Made by a program: the position numbers and the translations under genes
In this document: piece by piece, positions 12,201 through 23,612 of the stretch
Position numbering within the stretch: position 1 is the stretch's first letter
Layout: every line of letters starts with the position of its first letter
Notes under the pieces: generated by a model
Database searches by the model: none
What the model was told of the DNA's origin: nothing
The model's input: only the letters and a program-made list of their open reading frames with translations
Source: Bigelowiella natans CCMP2755
Taxonomy: Eukaryota > Protista > Cercozoa
NCBI GenBank assembly: GCA_000320545.1
Contig: ADNK01002100.1
Span: 1 to 45,147 of the forward strand
Reading direction: 5' to 3'
DNA: 45,147 nt

Positions 12201-13488
12201 GAAAATAGATCCAAAGCAATGTCAATTTGTCGCTGATATCGGCAGTGATCTCGCCGAGTGGGTTGTCACTCTCTACAACTACCACTTTGCGTTGAAAGAC
12301 CCCAAAGGCTTAGCATCAAAGAAATATGAGTCAATCAGCTCCACGAATGATGGTGACACGAACGGAATGTGGCCACGTCTCAATCAGCTCTCAAAGGTGC
12401 GAGCTGCGAAGTTCTCAAACGGAGGGGTACATGTCCTGAGATCCCCCATCAAAGCCTTCAAGAGTCTCATTGAGCTTCATCTCGACAACAATCACATCAC
12501 CAGTCTACCCTCTGACATTCAACACCTCAGAGAGCTGAAGATTCTAAACTTAAATGATAATTTCATCGAGTACGTCTCGCCTGCCATCAAACACCTCGTC
12601 AATCTTGAGAAGCTCTACCTGCGCAATAACCATCTCTCCTCTCTCCCAGTTGAGTTCCTGCACCTCATCAACCTCCAGAAACTCTACTTGCAGAAGAATG
12701 AGCTCACCGTCCTGCCCTCGGGCATTGGATCTCTCATTAACCTTCAAAAATTGTATTTGGAGGACAACAAGCTTATCAGCATCCCACATGAAATCAAATC
12801 GCTAAGCAAACTCATATGGCTACGTGCAGAGAACAACAATCTCACTAGTCTAACCCCAGAAATTGGACATCTTCGCTGTATTCAAGTTTTGAGTCTGGAC
12901 GGCAACCAACTTTCGGAGCTGCCTTCTCAGATAAAGGTAACATGATCTCAAATATCATCTACACCTACAATACTACTACTACCTGTTCCGCCTGCTGCAC
13001 ACTAATCAATAGTACAGCTTGTTGTCCCACACAAGCAACCCATGATGATGTTGTGTGATGTGATGTACATTATTCTAGCCAAATAACAAACCTACCTACC
13101 TCTGTAGCAAACCAGCACCGTGCCCACAATTAACAACAACACTACTAACTAACTACCTCCTACCCTCCCTCCAACCCTATCCCTAATAACCCTTGCCCTT
13201 CATCTCTGCATAATCATGATCTAAGACCATGCGCTGACGCTAAATACAAAATATAACCCTACAACTACTTAGTTCCTCGAGAATCTCAGCGAACTGAGCC
13301 TGTCGAAGAATAATCTCACCAAAATACAGCCCGAGATTTTCTCATCGCTCGCAAAACTCAAATTTCTTCTCCTCGACGACAATCCGGTGATGGATCTGTG
13401 TGCAGAAATGAAGTCGCTCACGCAGAATGTGGCATCGGCTAATGCTAAGAAGAAGTTGCAAGATCTGATGAGGGCGAAGGTGAACTGA
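9239..13488 (+). CDS. Tyrosine-kinase-type protein kinase, apparently spliced to a dynein microtubule-binding-domain-like module and C-terminal LRRs
   Basis: Kinase exons: VLGSGNFA..IAVKNLK..E..GDHPN (10038-10190); VMKFIG..LTEFCELGSL (10369-10508); LFCGVGHLHANNM; IHRDIACRNILV..ISDFGL..IPWPWMPPE..SDVWAVGVTLWE (10900-11385). The exon FAQALEIVEQ (11586-11615) joins in phase 0 to 11828-12936 (MTBD-like, then 23-aa LRRs such as LEKLYLRNNHLSSLP). The last LRR exon is 13273-13488 ending in TGA. The first exon/start is uncertain, and the kinase-LRR fusion is inferred from splice phase. Confidence 0.8.
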
Positions 13489-14380
13489 CGTTGCGATGTG
13501 ATCGACCTTCATTCTCATTGTTGAAGATGAGCATGTGTCGCAGCATGTCATTGTCATTGATCAGTGCAGATGCGAAAAAATTCACATCGATCTCCGTCAT
13601 GTTAGCATGCATGACGTCGATTCTGCAGTAGCCGTGTGCTGAAACAGATGCAATGAAAAATTAAATGGCCAGCTACCAAGCTAGATACCTAGCATTCTAG
13701 CGCATGATAGATTCACATGGCAACAATGACTGATAGCCCACGTACTTCAAAATTATCAAATGCATCGAATCCAACATGACTGTGTATCATTTTGCGCAGA
13801 AAATGCGTTCCTACAAATGCTTATTAGTTACAATTAATAACATAGTCCTTATACTAGCTTAGCGCATTGCTGCAGGTGCTAATCAGCACAAGAGCTATTA
13901 ACTGTAGCTTGTAGGGATGCTAGTCATTGTTACAGCACAGCAGGCACCACTCTCGATGCTCTATTCCAACTGTACTCTTCAGGCATACGCTACATGCATG
14001 CGCCCCAGTATATCAGTATATAAAAGTCACAGTGTTACTATATGTAAGATCTGTCTAAAGTGGCATCATACTGATCTATGGACAGAGTGGACTGATCACC
14101 GACCAATCGTTGCTCTGGGGGAGCAGCAAGTTTTCTCTTATAAAGATTGGTGTGACGATTCAACTGCTGCTCTGAGAATGAGTGGTCAAAATTGCTCATT
14201 GTAACGTTAATGCACAATGAACATTATTCCATGCATATCGACAACAATATGATTCTTGTGCTGTAACCAGTTAGATTGATTTTATCCGCAACCCCATTGT
14301 ATAATTATAAATCATGAGTATCAGGTATGTATTATGTGTTGAGATCTGTGGCGATGTGAGCGCGTCATATGCCGGCCCCC

Positions 14381-14884
14381 CTATTGGAAGTTCTTGAATT
14401 CGCCATATCTGTACATGTTCACACGATAATACACTTTATTCAGAGAATGTGTCCATTTACACAATTTTAGCTAGGCGCAAGATAGATGAGAAACTAACAG
14501 GGGCACTGCTGTATTCCAATGTACAAAGGACGATGATAAGGTAACAATAAGTGATTTCCCTGCTGCCCTCTTGCCATCGTTGTTGCCTCAATGAGGGCTA
14601 TTACTACTTACTTACCGTGCCATGAGTTCGTCGGTTGGAAGATAGTCTCCATTTTTATTCTGAGAAGGAGGAACCCCATCGTCATTTTGCACATGAGAAT
14701 AAAGAGGGGGAGGAGGTGTGGGGATGGGGGAAAACGACACAATGCCGACGCGCGCACACGTAAAGCACTACTTTTTGATTCAAAAAGTCATCACTAATAG
14801 CAAGTCACCTGCCCGTAGAAAAGGCTATAAACGAATGGATGCACAACTTCTGGTGGTTTCTTTTTCTCTTCCTGCGAATAAATG

Positions 14885-14916
<32 letters not shown>

Positions 14917-15186
14917 CTGTCGTCAGCCCCACAGCTATTTAGTGAATAGCATCACGGGCTATACTGATCAAGAATGAACAAATGAGGGGAATAACATTCC
15001 TAAAATTACCTGAAGCTCTTTCGGCAAGAATTTTTTGACTTCATTGAATTTGACGCTTTCTAGCATGTGTTCTGGGACGTAGGTCACCACCGGCGATTCG
15101 ACGTCCCTGACATCCACCAAAACCATGTAGAATGGCCTTGCTGTTGCACCCAGCATCTGCAGAATCCCGTTGGACTCAACCCACTG

Positions 15187-15219
<33 letters not shown>

Positions 15220-15806
15220 ACACACAGCAGCAGCAGCAGCAGCAGCAAGGTATCAACACAAGAAACAACGACGATGGCGACCATCACAAAGTTTAGCCAT
15301 CATAAGAGATGGTGGGAAAACATGTCCCCCCCCCCCCCCCCCCCCTCTTCTCCATGCACAATAATAAAATACACTAATTGATGATTCGCAAAGGGGCCAA
15401 GGGAATCTCATGCACATGTGGTGGTGGTGGTGGTGGTGGTGGTGGTGGTAGTGGTAGTGTTGTTTTTGCCCCCCTTCTATTAGATTTTTCCTTGATGTGT
15501 AATATATATGTAGAGAAGATGACAATTCAAGATTGCCGCCTTATTATTACCTCATCCGTTTCTCGACATCCAGGATGATATCCGCAGACGACGCCGCTGT
15601 ACCGTTTATCCTTGTGAATTACCTTCCGAGCACATTAATAGACATGTTGTAGTAAAAGCATGGAGACTCACTCCGTCAAAACTAAAGTTGTTGCTTCGGT
15701 CGTCGGTAATTGCCAACAATGTCGTAATTTGTCAGCGATATAGAAGGGAAAAGAGAAGAAACTCGAAGAGGAATATCATATCTTCAGCAAAATATGAGAT
15801 TGAGAA

Positions 15807-15842
<36 letters not shown>

Positions 15843-17101
15843 ACCACAAATACACACGTCTACATACGCGCAAACCTTTGAACCCAACTTGAACTGAACT
15901 TCTCGAGGATTCATAATAGCTTCGATTTTTCGGAAAAGATTCCGGCGCATCTAATTTATGGTAGCAAGAAATATGAGATGTGCGTGCGTGAGTGAGTGCT
16001 GATATCCAGCTAATCGTCGCTCAACTACCGATTCTGGTCCATTAGTGCGAAGGGTTTTATCTAGTTGCGTCTGCCAACCAAATAAGTCAACATGAGAAGT
16101 GAAATACGTGCAAAAATGGTAGAAAATTATGAATAATAGCTAACGACGACTAAAAAGTTTCGCACGAGTGGAAAGATTAATCAATTTTACATTGAACAAA
16201 CAATACTGCTTGGTAAAATTCTACTACACAACAACGAACAAGATCCTTTTTCATACAAGTCTTCTATTCGTCGGAGCAAGAAATGCATTGTCTCCGCTTT
16301 TTGAAGTGGCTGGCATTGTCATGTGGTCAAAAACCAACGAACCCTTAGAGAATCCATCGCCTCAGGTGCCCATCTGCTATCTCGTTCTTCTATCAGGCCC
16401 TTGAGTTCTCCAATAGACCGAGCCATTTCCTTAGCAACTTCTTCTTGACCCTTGTTCGATGCGACCTTCTGGCGGATTCTGAGCTGCTGCAGGAGAATGA
16501 AGAGCCTCACCTGTGTTGTTTGTTGCAATGGCGGAATAAGGGGACGGAGGGTAGTAGAGACTAGAAAAAACGAAGGGCTGCTCTTCCAGACTCTATATCA
16601 TCTAGGATTCTACCTCAATATCGGCTTCATCGCTTACATCATCAGCTGAAATGATGACAGCATAAGCAAATCACACAAGTGAGTAACTGTTGATTCAAGT
16701 GGCTATATTGGGAAAGAAAAGCACGCCCTCGAATCATACTGCAAAGTTGGAAATTAAAATCAATTACGCAAAATTGGTGGCGTCGCATCTCCGTCCACAC
16801 GAACATGACAAGCAGATCGACTGTGGTGGTGTTGCTGTCGGTATCTTGCGAGGGAGGAAGGAGGAGCCCAATAGTGGACCCCCTTTGCCGCTATGGGATA
16901 ATCGGTTTGTGAAAGAGGCGAGAATGAGCGAATCTGCCTAGATGAAACGAGTCTCGCAGCTGTGGAGGCTATCCCTCTGCTGTTTCGGGCTGGAATGCCT
17001 AGCTGTATTGATGGTGAAGAGCTTGTAGAAGAAGCTGTAATGAAGAACGTAAAGAATACTGCGACGAGGAGGCCAGAGGCAATCACCAATCTTCTATCCA
17101 T
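14381..17101 (-). CDS. clpF: Plastid Clp protease adaptor ClpF-like protein (UVR-like helix + YccV/hemimethylated-DNA-binding-like domain) with bipartite presequence
   Basis: Reconstructed exons: MDRRLVIASGLLVAVFFTFF..(signal + Ser/Arg-rich); LFILLQQLRIRQKVA..MARSIGELK; VQFKLGSK|VIHKDKRYSGVVCGYHPGCRETDE|WVESNG..RPFYMVLVDVRD..VTYVPEHML; VVHPFVYSLFYGQ|NKNGDYLPTDELMAR|YGEFKNFQ* (TAG at 14381-14383). This matches the YccV pattern and the ClpF tail HPY..LFYG..GDFIP. Confidence 0.8.
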
Positions 17102-17367
17102 CGCTAAAATTTATCTGCCCTGCTCAGATTCCCACCCAGTTCTTTGTTCTGGATCTCTTAACTGTTCTTGTGCGGTATGTGGGTATAAGTAGTAGCCCTC
17201 TGTGGACTCCATCCAAACCAGATTTCAGTCATAGCCTCAAAAGAATTCGTGTCGTATGCGAAAATGTTCGTCGTTTGCACATTACGACGTGAAATGCATG
17301 GTAAAAATGTTAAATGACAACATATCTATCCCGAGCAGAAACGTTCTGCATTTTCTCATGAAAATTA

Positions 17368-19327
17368 ATGCAACGCACCCTTCTTCAGGGAAAAGGAGCC
17401 GTTCCGTATGACAAAATACTCCACTACACATGGGGATTTTGGACATGCGACATGAACCATATCTTATCTACGTATCTCATTCGTACAACACGTGTTAATA
17501 ATCATCCGACAGCTTCAGTTGTTCCCTGGCGGACCATGTCCATGCCTCGGAGACATCCTGCCAGCTCACATGTTTGGACACCAGACCAACGCTTGGTTAA
17601 CTTTCAACACTAGTGCTACCATGCCTGCCACGCCGGGATTTACACTTCTCTCAACTCAAAACACATATTATGCTAGGCAATTTCGTATACGGAACTGTTC
17701 GTCATAGTTTCGGTCTCTGCACTGCAGATCAAAGCAATCATAGACACCGTTCCGATTTCAACATGGAACGAGAGATGCTCAACGAAAATGTCCAAGTTTT
17801 GGCACGCAACGATGTTCTACATAGCGACGACTTTGATCGCTACTTATGCTATTATTTTAAACATCGCCCTCCCATCGGACTTCTGCGGGAATGCCTTGAT
17901 GGCCTTTTTGCCGCCTTATTATTTAGTAAGATGGGCCTTGTACACGTTGTTGACTGCCAAGGGTGATGCTATGAACGTAGCGAACTCCCACGCCGCACTG
18001 TTCAGGGGAGTTTGGATCTGTGCGGCCTTCGTAACACCAGTTCTTCTATCGATATACACGGTGATAATAGCTGTTACTACGACGATAACAATTGTTTCTT
18101 TCGTCTCAAAGGGATTGCATAATTCATTCACCCGCTGTGAAAACAATGACTCGCTTATTGATTCACGTCTCTACAGGGAGCCATCCTCTCAGCCTGGAAT
18201 CTGGAGATGGCGAATGTCGATGGGAAGGAGCTCTGCATCGCCAATCCTGACCATCTTAGCTCGACCGAAATAGCTGCGATCTCAGCTTTGACCTTGGTCA
18301 GCTAATGCCCCCCTTCTCATCTTGATTAGCTCCTCGATGCTGACTGACTCTCATAGTGAACAACTCTCACACAACATCGATCGAAGAGTACCTCCCTCCC
18401 TCCCAATTTGACCATCGGCCTTTCTTCTTCTCTGTAGGTCATAGTTGTCATGGATATTTTAATATTCACTTCGTCCACATTCTCACTCGCACCACCAATA
18501 TGTAATCCCGACGCGCCGGTGACGCTGAAACTGGAAGCCGTGAAGCACTTTTTTGCAGGCAGGAACTACTTCTTCGCTGTGCATGCTGCTTACCATTGGA
18601 CGAATACCCTAACGCTATTTATCCTGATTTTGTCCCAAATAATCTTACGATCGATTCCCTGAATACTTGTTTGATTATTGATTTCGTTGTGAAATGGAAT
18701 ACATTATCTGTGTCTGCTTGTTGCTATTACGGCTGCTTGCTGTTGCTCTATGAAATTTCCCTCCCGCTCCCTCTCTCAAAGTTCTTCTCTCATCATCGTC
18801 ATCACAGACAGAGAGGCACTTTCTGTAAGCTGATAGATCCCTTCTTAATGTTTCTCTCTGTGTGACAGGCATATTGGCTTTATCGTCAACTTTGGCGTAC
18901 CATTTTGCATTCCTGACTGTGAACCTGGAGAACAGATTTGCTGTCATCCGTGTAGACTTAGATTACCTTCTGGTAATAGGCATGTAACATCTCACCTTAA
19001 AATTTTTACAATTAGAAGTGCATGCGGGCACACTCCTATTTTAAAGCATTCACACACAGCAGCACCTAATCCACAGTAATGACCAAAGTTTCAAACGATG
19101 ATGCTATAAACAATCCCTTAGTTGGACATTACGGTCAACTTCATCTTCGTGATGGCCAGTTTCCGCACTTGCAACTTCCGCAGACGAAGCTCTACAGGGA
19201 GCAAGAAAAATGAAATGAAAATAACGAAATACATAAACTCCAGAGCCAAGCAGGTCGCACTACCTTTTTACTGGGCATGCCATCCCCCCCTCCCCCCTCG
19301 CCGCCCTCTCTCTCTCTCTCTCTTTCC

Positions 19328-19364
<37 letters not shown>

Positions 19365-19541
19365 CTATACAACACATCCATCACATGAAATGTGTAGCAT
19401 GTTACAAGAGAACATGAGTTGCTGCAACTAACCATCTTTGGAATACATCATTCATTCTTGTCGCATGTTTGGTCCCAGGCCGATAGAAAAGATGGTATCC
19501 ATGCCCGAGCTGGTACAGATCTACCTGCTGCCAGCTCATAA
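17368..19541 (+). CDS. Multi-exon multipass membrane protein (possibly 7TM receptor-like); exon structure only partly resolved
   Basis: Successive hydrophobic exon segments: FWHATMFYIATTLIATYAIILNIAL, FRGVWICAAFVTPVLLSIYT, IAAISALTL|VIVVMDILIFTSSTF, ILALSSTLAYHFAFL, LDITVNFIFVMASF, bounded by plausible GT/AG sites. It is divergent from clpF across ~270 bp. Both ends are approximate. Confidence 0.5.
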
Positions 19542-19935
19542 CTTCAAGTCAAGCATTTAGGATTTTGGGATGGCATGATGAATTGTATCAAGATGCTGAC
19601 GTGTCTCTCAATTGCAAACCCCGCACTTTTGCAAATGCATTAGAATTAAATTCTAGAAATTATTAACAAGTTAGAAACACGTTGCGCAACATGCTCATTC
19701 GTTTAAGTTAGTACAGACGGCTAGATGGGCTTATCGATAAAATATAAAAATGAGGCGTTGATAATAGTCTAGAAGTGCTACGTGTTTACGCCATCAAATT
19801 GAAGTCTGCTGGAGCGATAGAAGTGGCCCATGCAGGAGTCAGACTCCCGCTCCGATCGCGCATCTAGCAATGTTCGTAACGCTGTCTAGCCATGCTAGCA
19901 TGACTAGATGAGCAACTAAGTCGGCTCGATTTCAA

Positions 19936-20008
19936 CAACATGTGTCGCGCAGTAAATTTTAGCAGCATGCACAACATGACGCTAACATTTACTGCGCGAC
20001 ACATGTTG
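19936..20008. repeat. Perfect 22-bp inverted repeat (28 bp with one mismatch); hairpin or MITE-like remnant
   Basis: caacatgtgtcgcgcagtaaat (19936-19957) is the exact reverse complement of atttactgcgcgacacatgttg (19987-20008). Confidence 0.85.
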
Positions 20009-20836
20009 CACCGTGCGTAGTGTGAAGTTCGCACACATAGCTTGCGCCACGCGCGCGTCTACTAATGTGTAGTAGTTGATGCGCATGTTCTTGCACACGA
20101 TGTTAGTTGAAATGTGACATGCCTAGATGCGCCAATCATGCACAATTGTAGCGCATGCACGCTGATCGAGCAGGCCGCCACGTAGTCTCATCAGCGGACT
20201 GCGTAGTCAGCGCCATGCAATGGGCATGGCAGTCATGCGTGAATGTTGCATCGCTATTTGCGCTTGTGCTGCATGTGCTTCGACTTGTGTAATTGTCTAG
20301 AATTGCTAGATTGAGATGTGCGTACACGCTTGCACCCACTCTTCATATAGCACTGCTAGACTGCACGACGCTTCGATCACACAATGCATCGCACTAGTGC
20401 AGCTTGCTAGCTTGGTGCAGCGTGTGACGTAGCCTGTATACGTGTGAGTGCACACACGCACTGCAGTGTGCGCTTATTACACACGTCTGCAATGCTATAT
20501 TGTATATGCTCGCGAGCTAGCGAGGCTGCTCGTGACGTCTGACATCACAATAATTGTTGTGCGGCGCGCATGTGCTCATGCTTTAGGCTCCATACCATCC
20601 GATGCTACCGATATAAGTCTAGAAGTGCTGCGTGAAGAGACACTTCGTCTATTCATATATGTGCACATTTATGAAATCTAGAAACACAGCAAGGCACACA
20701 CATGTGCAGACAACACGTACATATTATCCCGGTATTTTTTGTCCAAACAAATGTTCAAAACTATTGTTAAATGAAAGTCTGCACTAGCTGCTGCTATGTG
20801 AACCGACTTTATACATCGTGCATGGTCTGGAACAGT

Positions 20837-22654
20837 TCAAAAGGTTTCACCATTGAGAAACCTAGTGAAGAAATCCAAGGCAGCGACAGGGCGATAGGTT
20901 GGCACCATGTGACCAGCGAGACGGATGGTCAAGAAAGTGAAGTCGTTGCCACTGTTCTTAGTCTTGTATGTAGTTGCATATCCAGCAGGAATCGAACGCC
21001 CCGAGTTTGCATTGTTACCTACATGCCATGGATGCCATGAAGAGGTCTGTTCGAGTACACCCTTTTCAGCGAGGCCAGTTGTCCACTGTTCTGTGCCGAC
21101 GTATGGAACACACGAATCTGCATCTCCGCTGTAAATAAGCACTCGCAGTTTCTCTGCAAGAAATGGAAATAGAGTCACACTTGCAGGACCAGATGTGTCA
21201 TATCTAAATCCTGAGCCCTTCACATCGAGGTGGAGAGCTTTTTGCACATCGTCCCTCTGGAAATATTGCGGAAGTGCATCCTCTCCTCCGCAGTACCAAT
21301 CGTACCCTCCAGTTGGAGTAGTACCATTCTCGGAGGAACCCAAGAGCTGCTCGAGAGGGTTTGGTTTATGCATGTTGTCACGAAGTGTCTTCAACAGCCA
21401 GCGCATGTCTTTGCCATGGGTTTTGAGGAAGTTCGCAGCCCCGGGACAGTTGTCATAGATATTGTACACGTTATGGGGTCCAACCGCTGCGAATGCCTTC
21501 GCTATTGCCACCTGACATCCCAGACCATTAACGTTTTCTTCGGTGTTTGTAGTTTCAGAGAAGCCACATGCCTTGTAGACTTGAGCTTTCTGCTGGTTGC
21601 TAATTAAGCCCTTTCCGTGGTACATGTCGATGTCATTCTTATCTTCATCGGGCCCGTTACATTCAACACTCGTTGCAGTGCCTCCCCAGCATGAGTTTCC
21701 AAGTGCCAATCCTTTCAGATTCAAGGATCCCGCTGGAAGCTTCGTCAGGATGTAGTTGGCGATGTTAGGTACGTATTGCCCTGCGTACGACTCTCCGGTG
21801 AGGTAGAGATCATTCTTCTTCAGCTCGGGGTACATCTCTAGGAAGGCAAGAAGGGTTTTCGCATAAGCTTCTGCCTGGTTTTTATCATCCCATGAGCAAA
21901 CAGACTGCTTCGCTCCGTCCTTGTAGCAGGAAGAGAAGCCAACATTCGCACCAGAAATAGACACGCTGGATCCAGCGGGGGATTCTAGATAGAGCATGTT
22001 CGCAACCTTATTCCACGCATTTGGGTTGACATAGGTCCCTTGAGTGCTCAGTCCGAAGTAGCCCTGAGTAAGTGATCGGGGTTTGTTTGCCTTGTCAGTC
22101 AATAGTGATCAGAAGTTTATTGGCTATTTGGACCACGTTGGGTAAAGTAGACATTTAAGTAAATAAGAGCTTACAAAAACAATCTTTCGGTGGTGTGCAT
22201 CGTTCTTACCATTTCAGTGAAAAGGCCAAACATAGAGCTCCCGCCAGGACCCCCTTGGTGCCAGGTTACAAGTGGGTCGTTCGCAGGGTCATTCTGTGAC
22301 ATGTGGAGCTCGTAGTGGATTTTTAAGCTGTCGTATCCAGCGACCTACATGCGAGAACACGAATAAAACCTTGATCATAACGATGCGTTAAGATGATGAT
22401 GTTAATGAATTATTATGCGAGGTAGTACCGGACCATCGACTTTTACGTAACCAGAATAGACCTGCAAATGTGCCAAGGCAAGCCATGAGAACGTCAAATC
22501 TTTGAACAAGTAAACCGCTACACTCTCAAACTATTACCTCAAAAGGCTGCTTATCAAATCCAGGAAGCTGTTCGACTTTGTCCGCGGGAACAGCAGCGAG
22601 TGCTTGGAACGCGCAGATGCACGCAAGCAGCGGAGTGCGGAGGGAGACCATCAT
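20837..22654 (-). CDS. Serine carboxypeptidase, peptidase family S10 (secreted/vacuolar); 4 exons
   Basis: Signal peptide [32 protein letters not shown]; VYSGYV; [15 protein letters not shown]; [19 protein letters not shown]; catalytic [14 protein letters not shown] and AGHMVP. Stop at 20837-20839. Confidence 0.95.
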
Positions 22655-22683
22655 GGTGTAGGGATGGGAAATGGTTTCACCGT

Positions 22684-22827
22684 TCCGACTTGTTGGAGGA
22701 AATGGTGGAAAATGCCTCTGCTAAGATTGTCGCACACACTAAAACCCTATCCCTTTCTGATATATTAGAGGAAATGGTGAAAAATGCCTCTTCAAAGGTT
22801 GTCGCACATCCTGAAACATGGTCCTTT
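22684..22827 (+). repeat. Degenerate 72-bp tandem duplication just upstream of the carboxypeptidase start
   Basis: ttccgacttgttggaggaaatggtggaaaatgcctctgctaagattgtcgcacac.. versus ttctgatatattagaggaaatggtgaaaaatgcctcttcaaaggttgtcgcacat.. It reads as a 24-aa repeat (SDLLEEMVENASAKIVAH / SDILEEMVKNASSKVVAH). Confidence 0.8.
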
Positions 22828-23166
22828 CCATTGTCGTCTCAGAATCTCTTTCCGAATTCGGAGCAGCAGGGCTGCGAAACTTGACCTGTCGCAAACTCAT
22901 GCAATGGCCTTTCATCTTGAAGATGCGGCCCATCCAGCTCCTTTCCATTGAAATCCTTCACAAACGGAACGTCAGCTGTCATCAGCAACCCTGCTGCCTG
23001 CCCTGTCATGGGATTGTGGTGACTAGGAGGACCAGATCAGGCACGAGGTTCCGACACAAAGCAACGTCAGAAGAGAGCAGGATCGAGACGAAGACGTCCA
23101 GACCGTGCTGGCTCATGCAGAGCTAGAAGTAGCAGCATGACTGATGACATCTAGACATGCACACAC

Positions 23167-23212
<46 letters not shown>

Positions 23213-23247
23213 ACACACGTGACCATGGACACAGCACGTGTCATTGT

Positions 23248-23573
23248 TGTAGCGCGTACCACTACGCGGGCACAAGTCACGTGCGACAACAAAGGGGTTG
23301 TCGCGGATATAGAATATAGATAACGTAGATATTAATACAGCATAGGCACGTGGGTTCCGGCGGGACTCATGGCAGCACACCGGAAGTGTGCTGCCCCACG
23401 TGCGGCGGCATTCGCGAAAGCTTCGCGAATGATTACGCAGTGCACGATTTAATAAAAATATAATCTTTAATAAAAATAAACACAACTCTTCAAAAGGAAG
23501 CAAACGTGCCTTTCCCCCCCCCTGCCTACTTGTGCACGTAGCGCCTCGGCCTGTGAACACCTTACGCGCAACA
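23248..23573 (+). repeat. 5' LTR (326 bp)
   Basis: tgtagcgcgta...tacgcgcaaca; 11-bp terminal inverted repeat with 1 mismatch; duplicated aataaa block at ~23451-23480. Confidence 0.97.
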
Positions 23574-23578
23574 ACCTT

Positions 23579-23596
23579 TGGCTTCCACACACGGGA
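23579..23596 (+). promoter_or_regulatory. Putative tRNA primer-binding site
   Basis: tggcttccacacacggga starts 5 nt after the LTR end. Its reverse complement ends in ...GGAAGCCA, like a tRNA 3' CCA end. Confidence 0.7.
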
Positions 23597-23612
23597 AACG
23601 ATTTGACTAACA

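Noticed and set aside
23123-23590. Antisense ORF across the LTR (also 28591-29187 and 42940-43299)
   Set aside because: It begins and ends in different flanks at each LTR and has no recognisable motif; a chance open frame, not an env or accessory gene.
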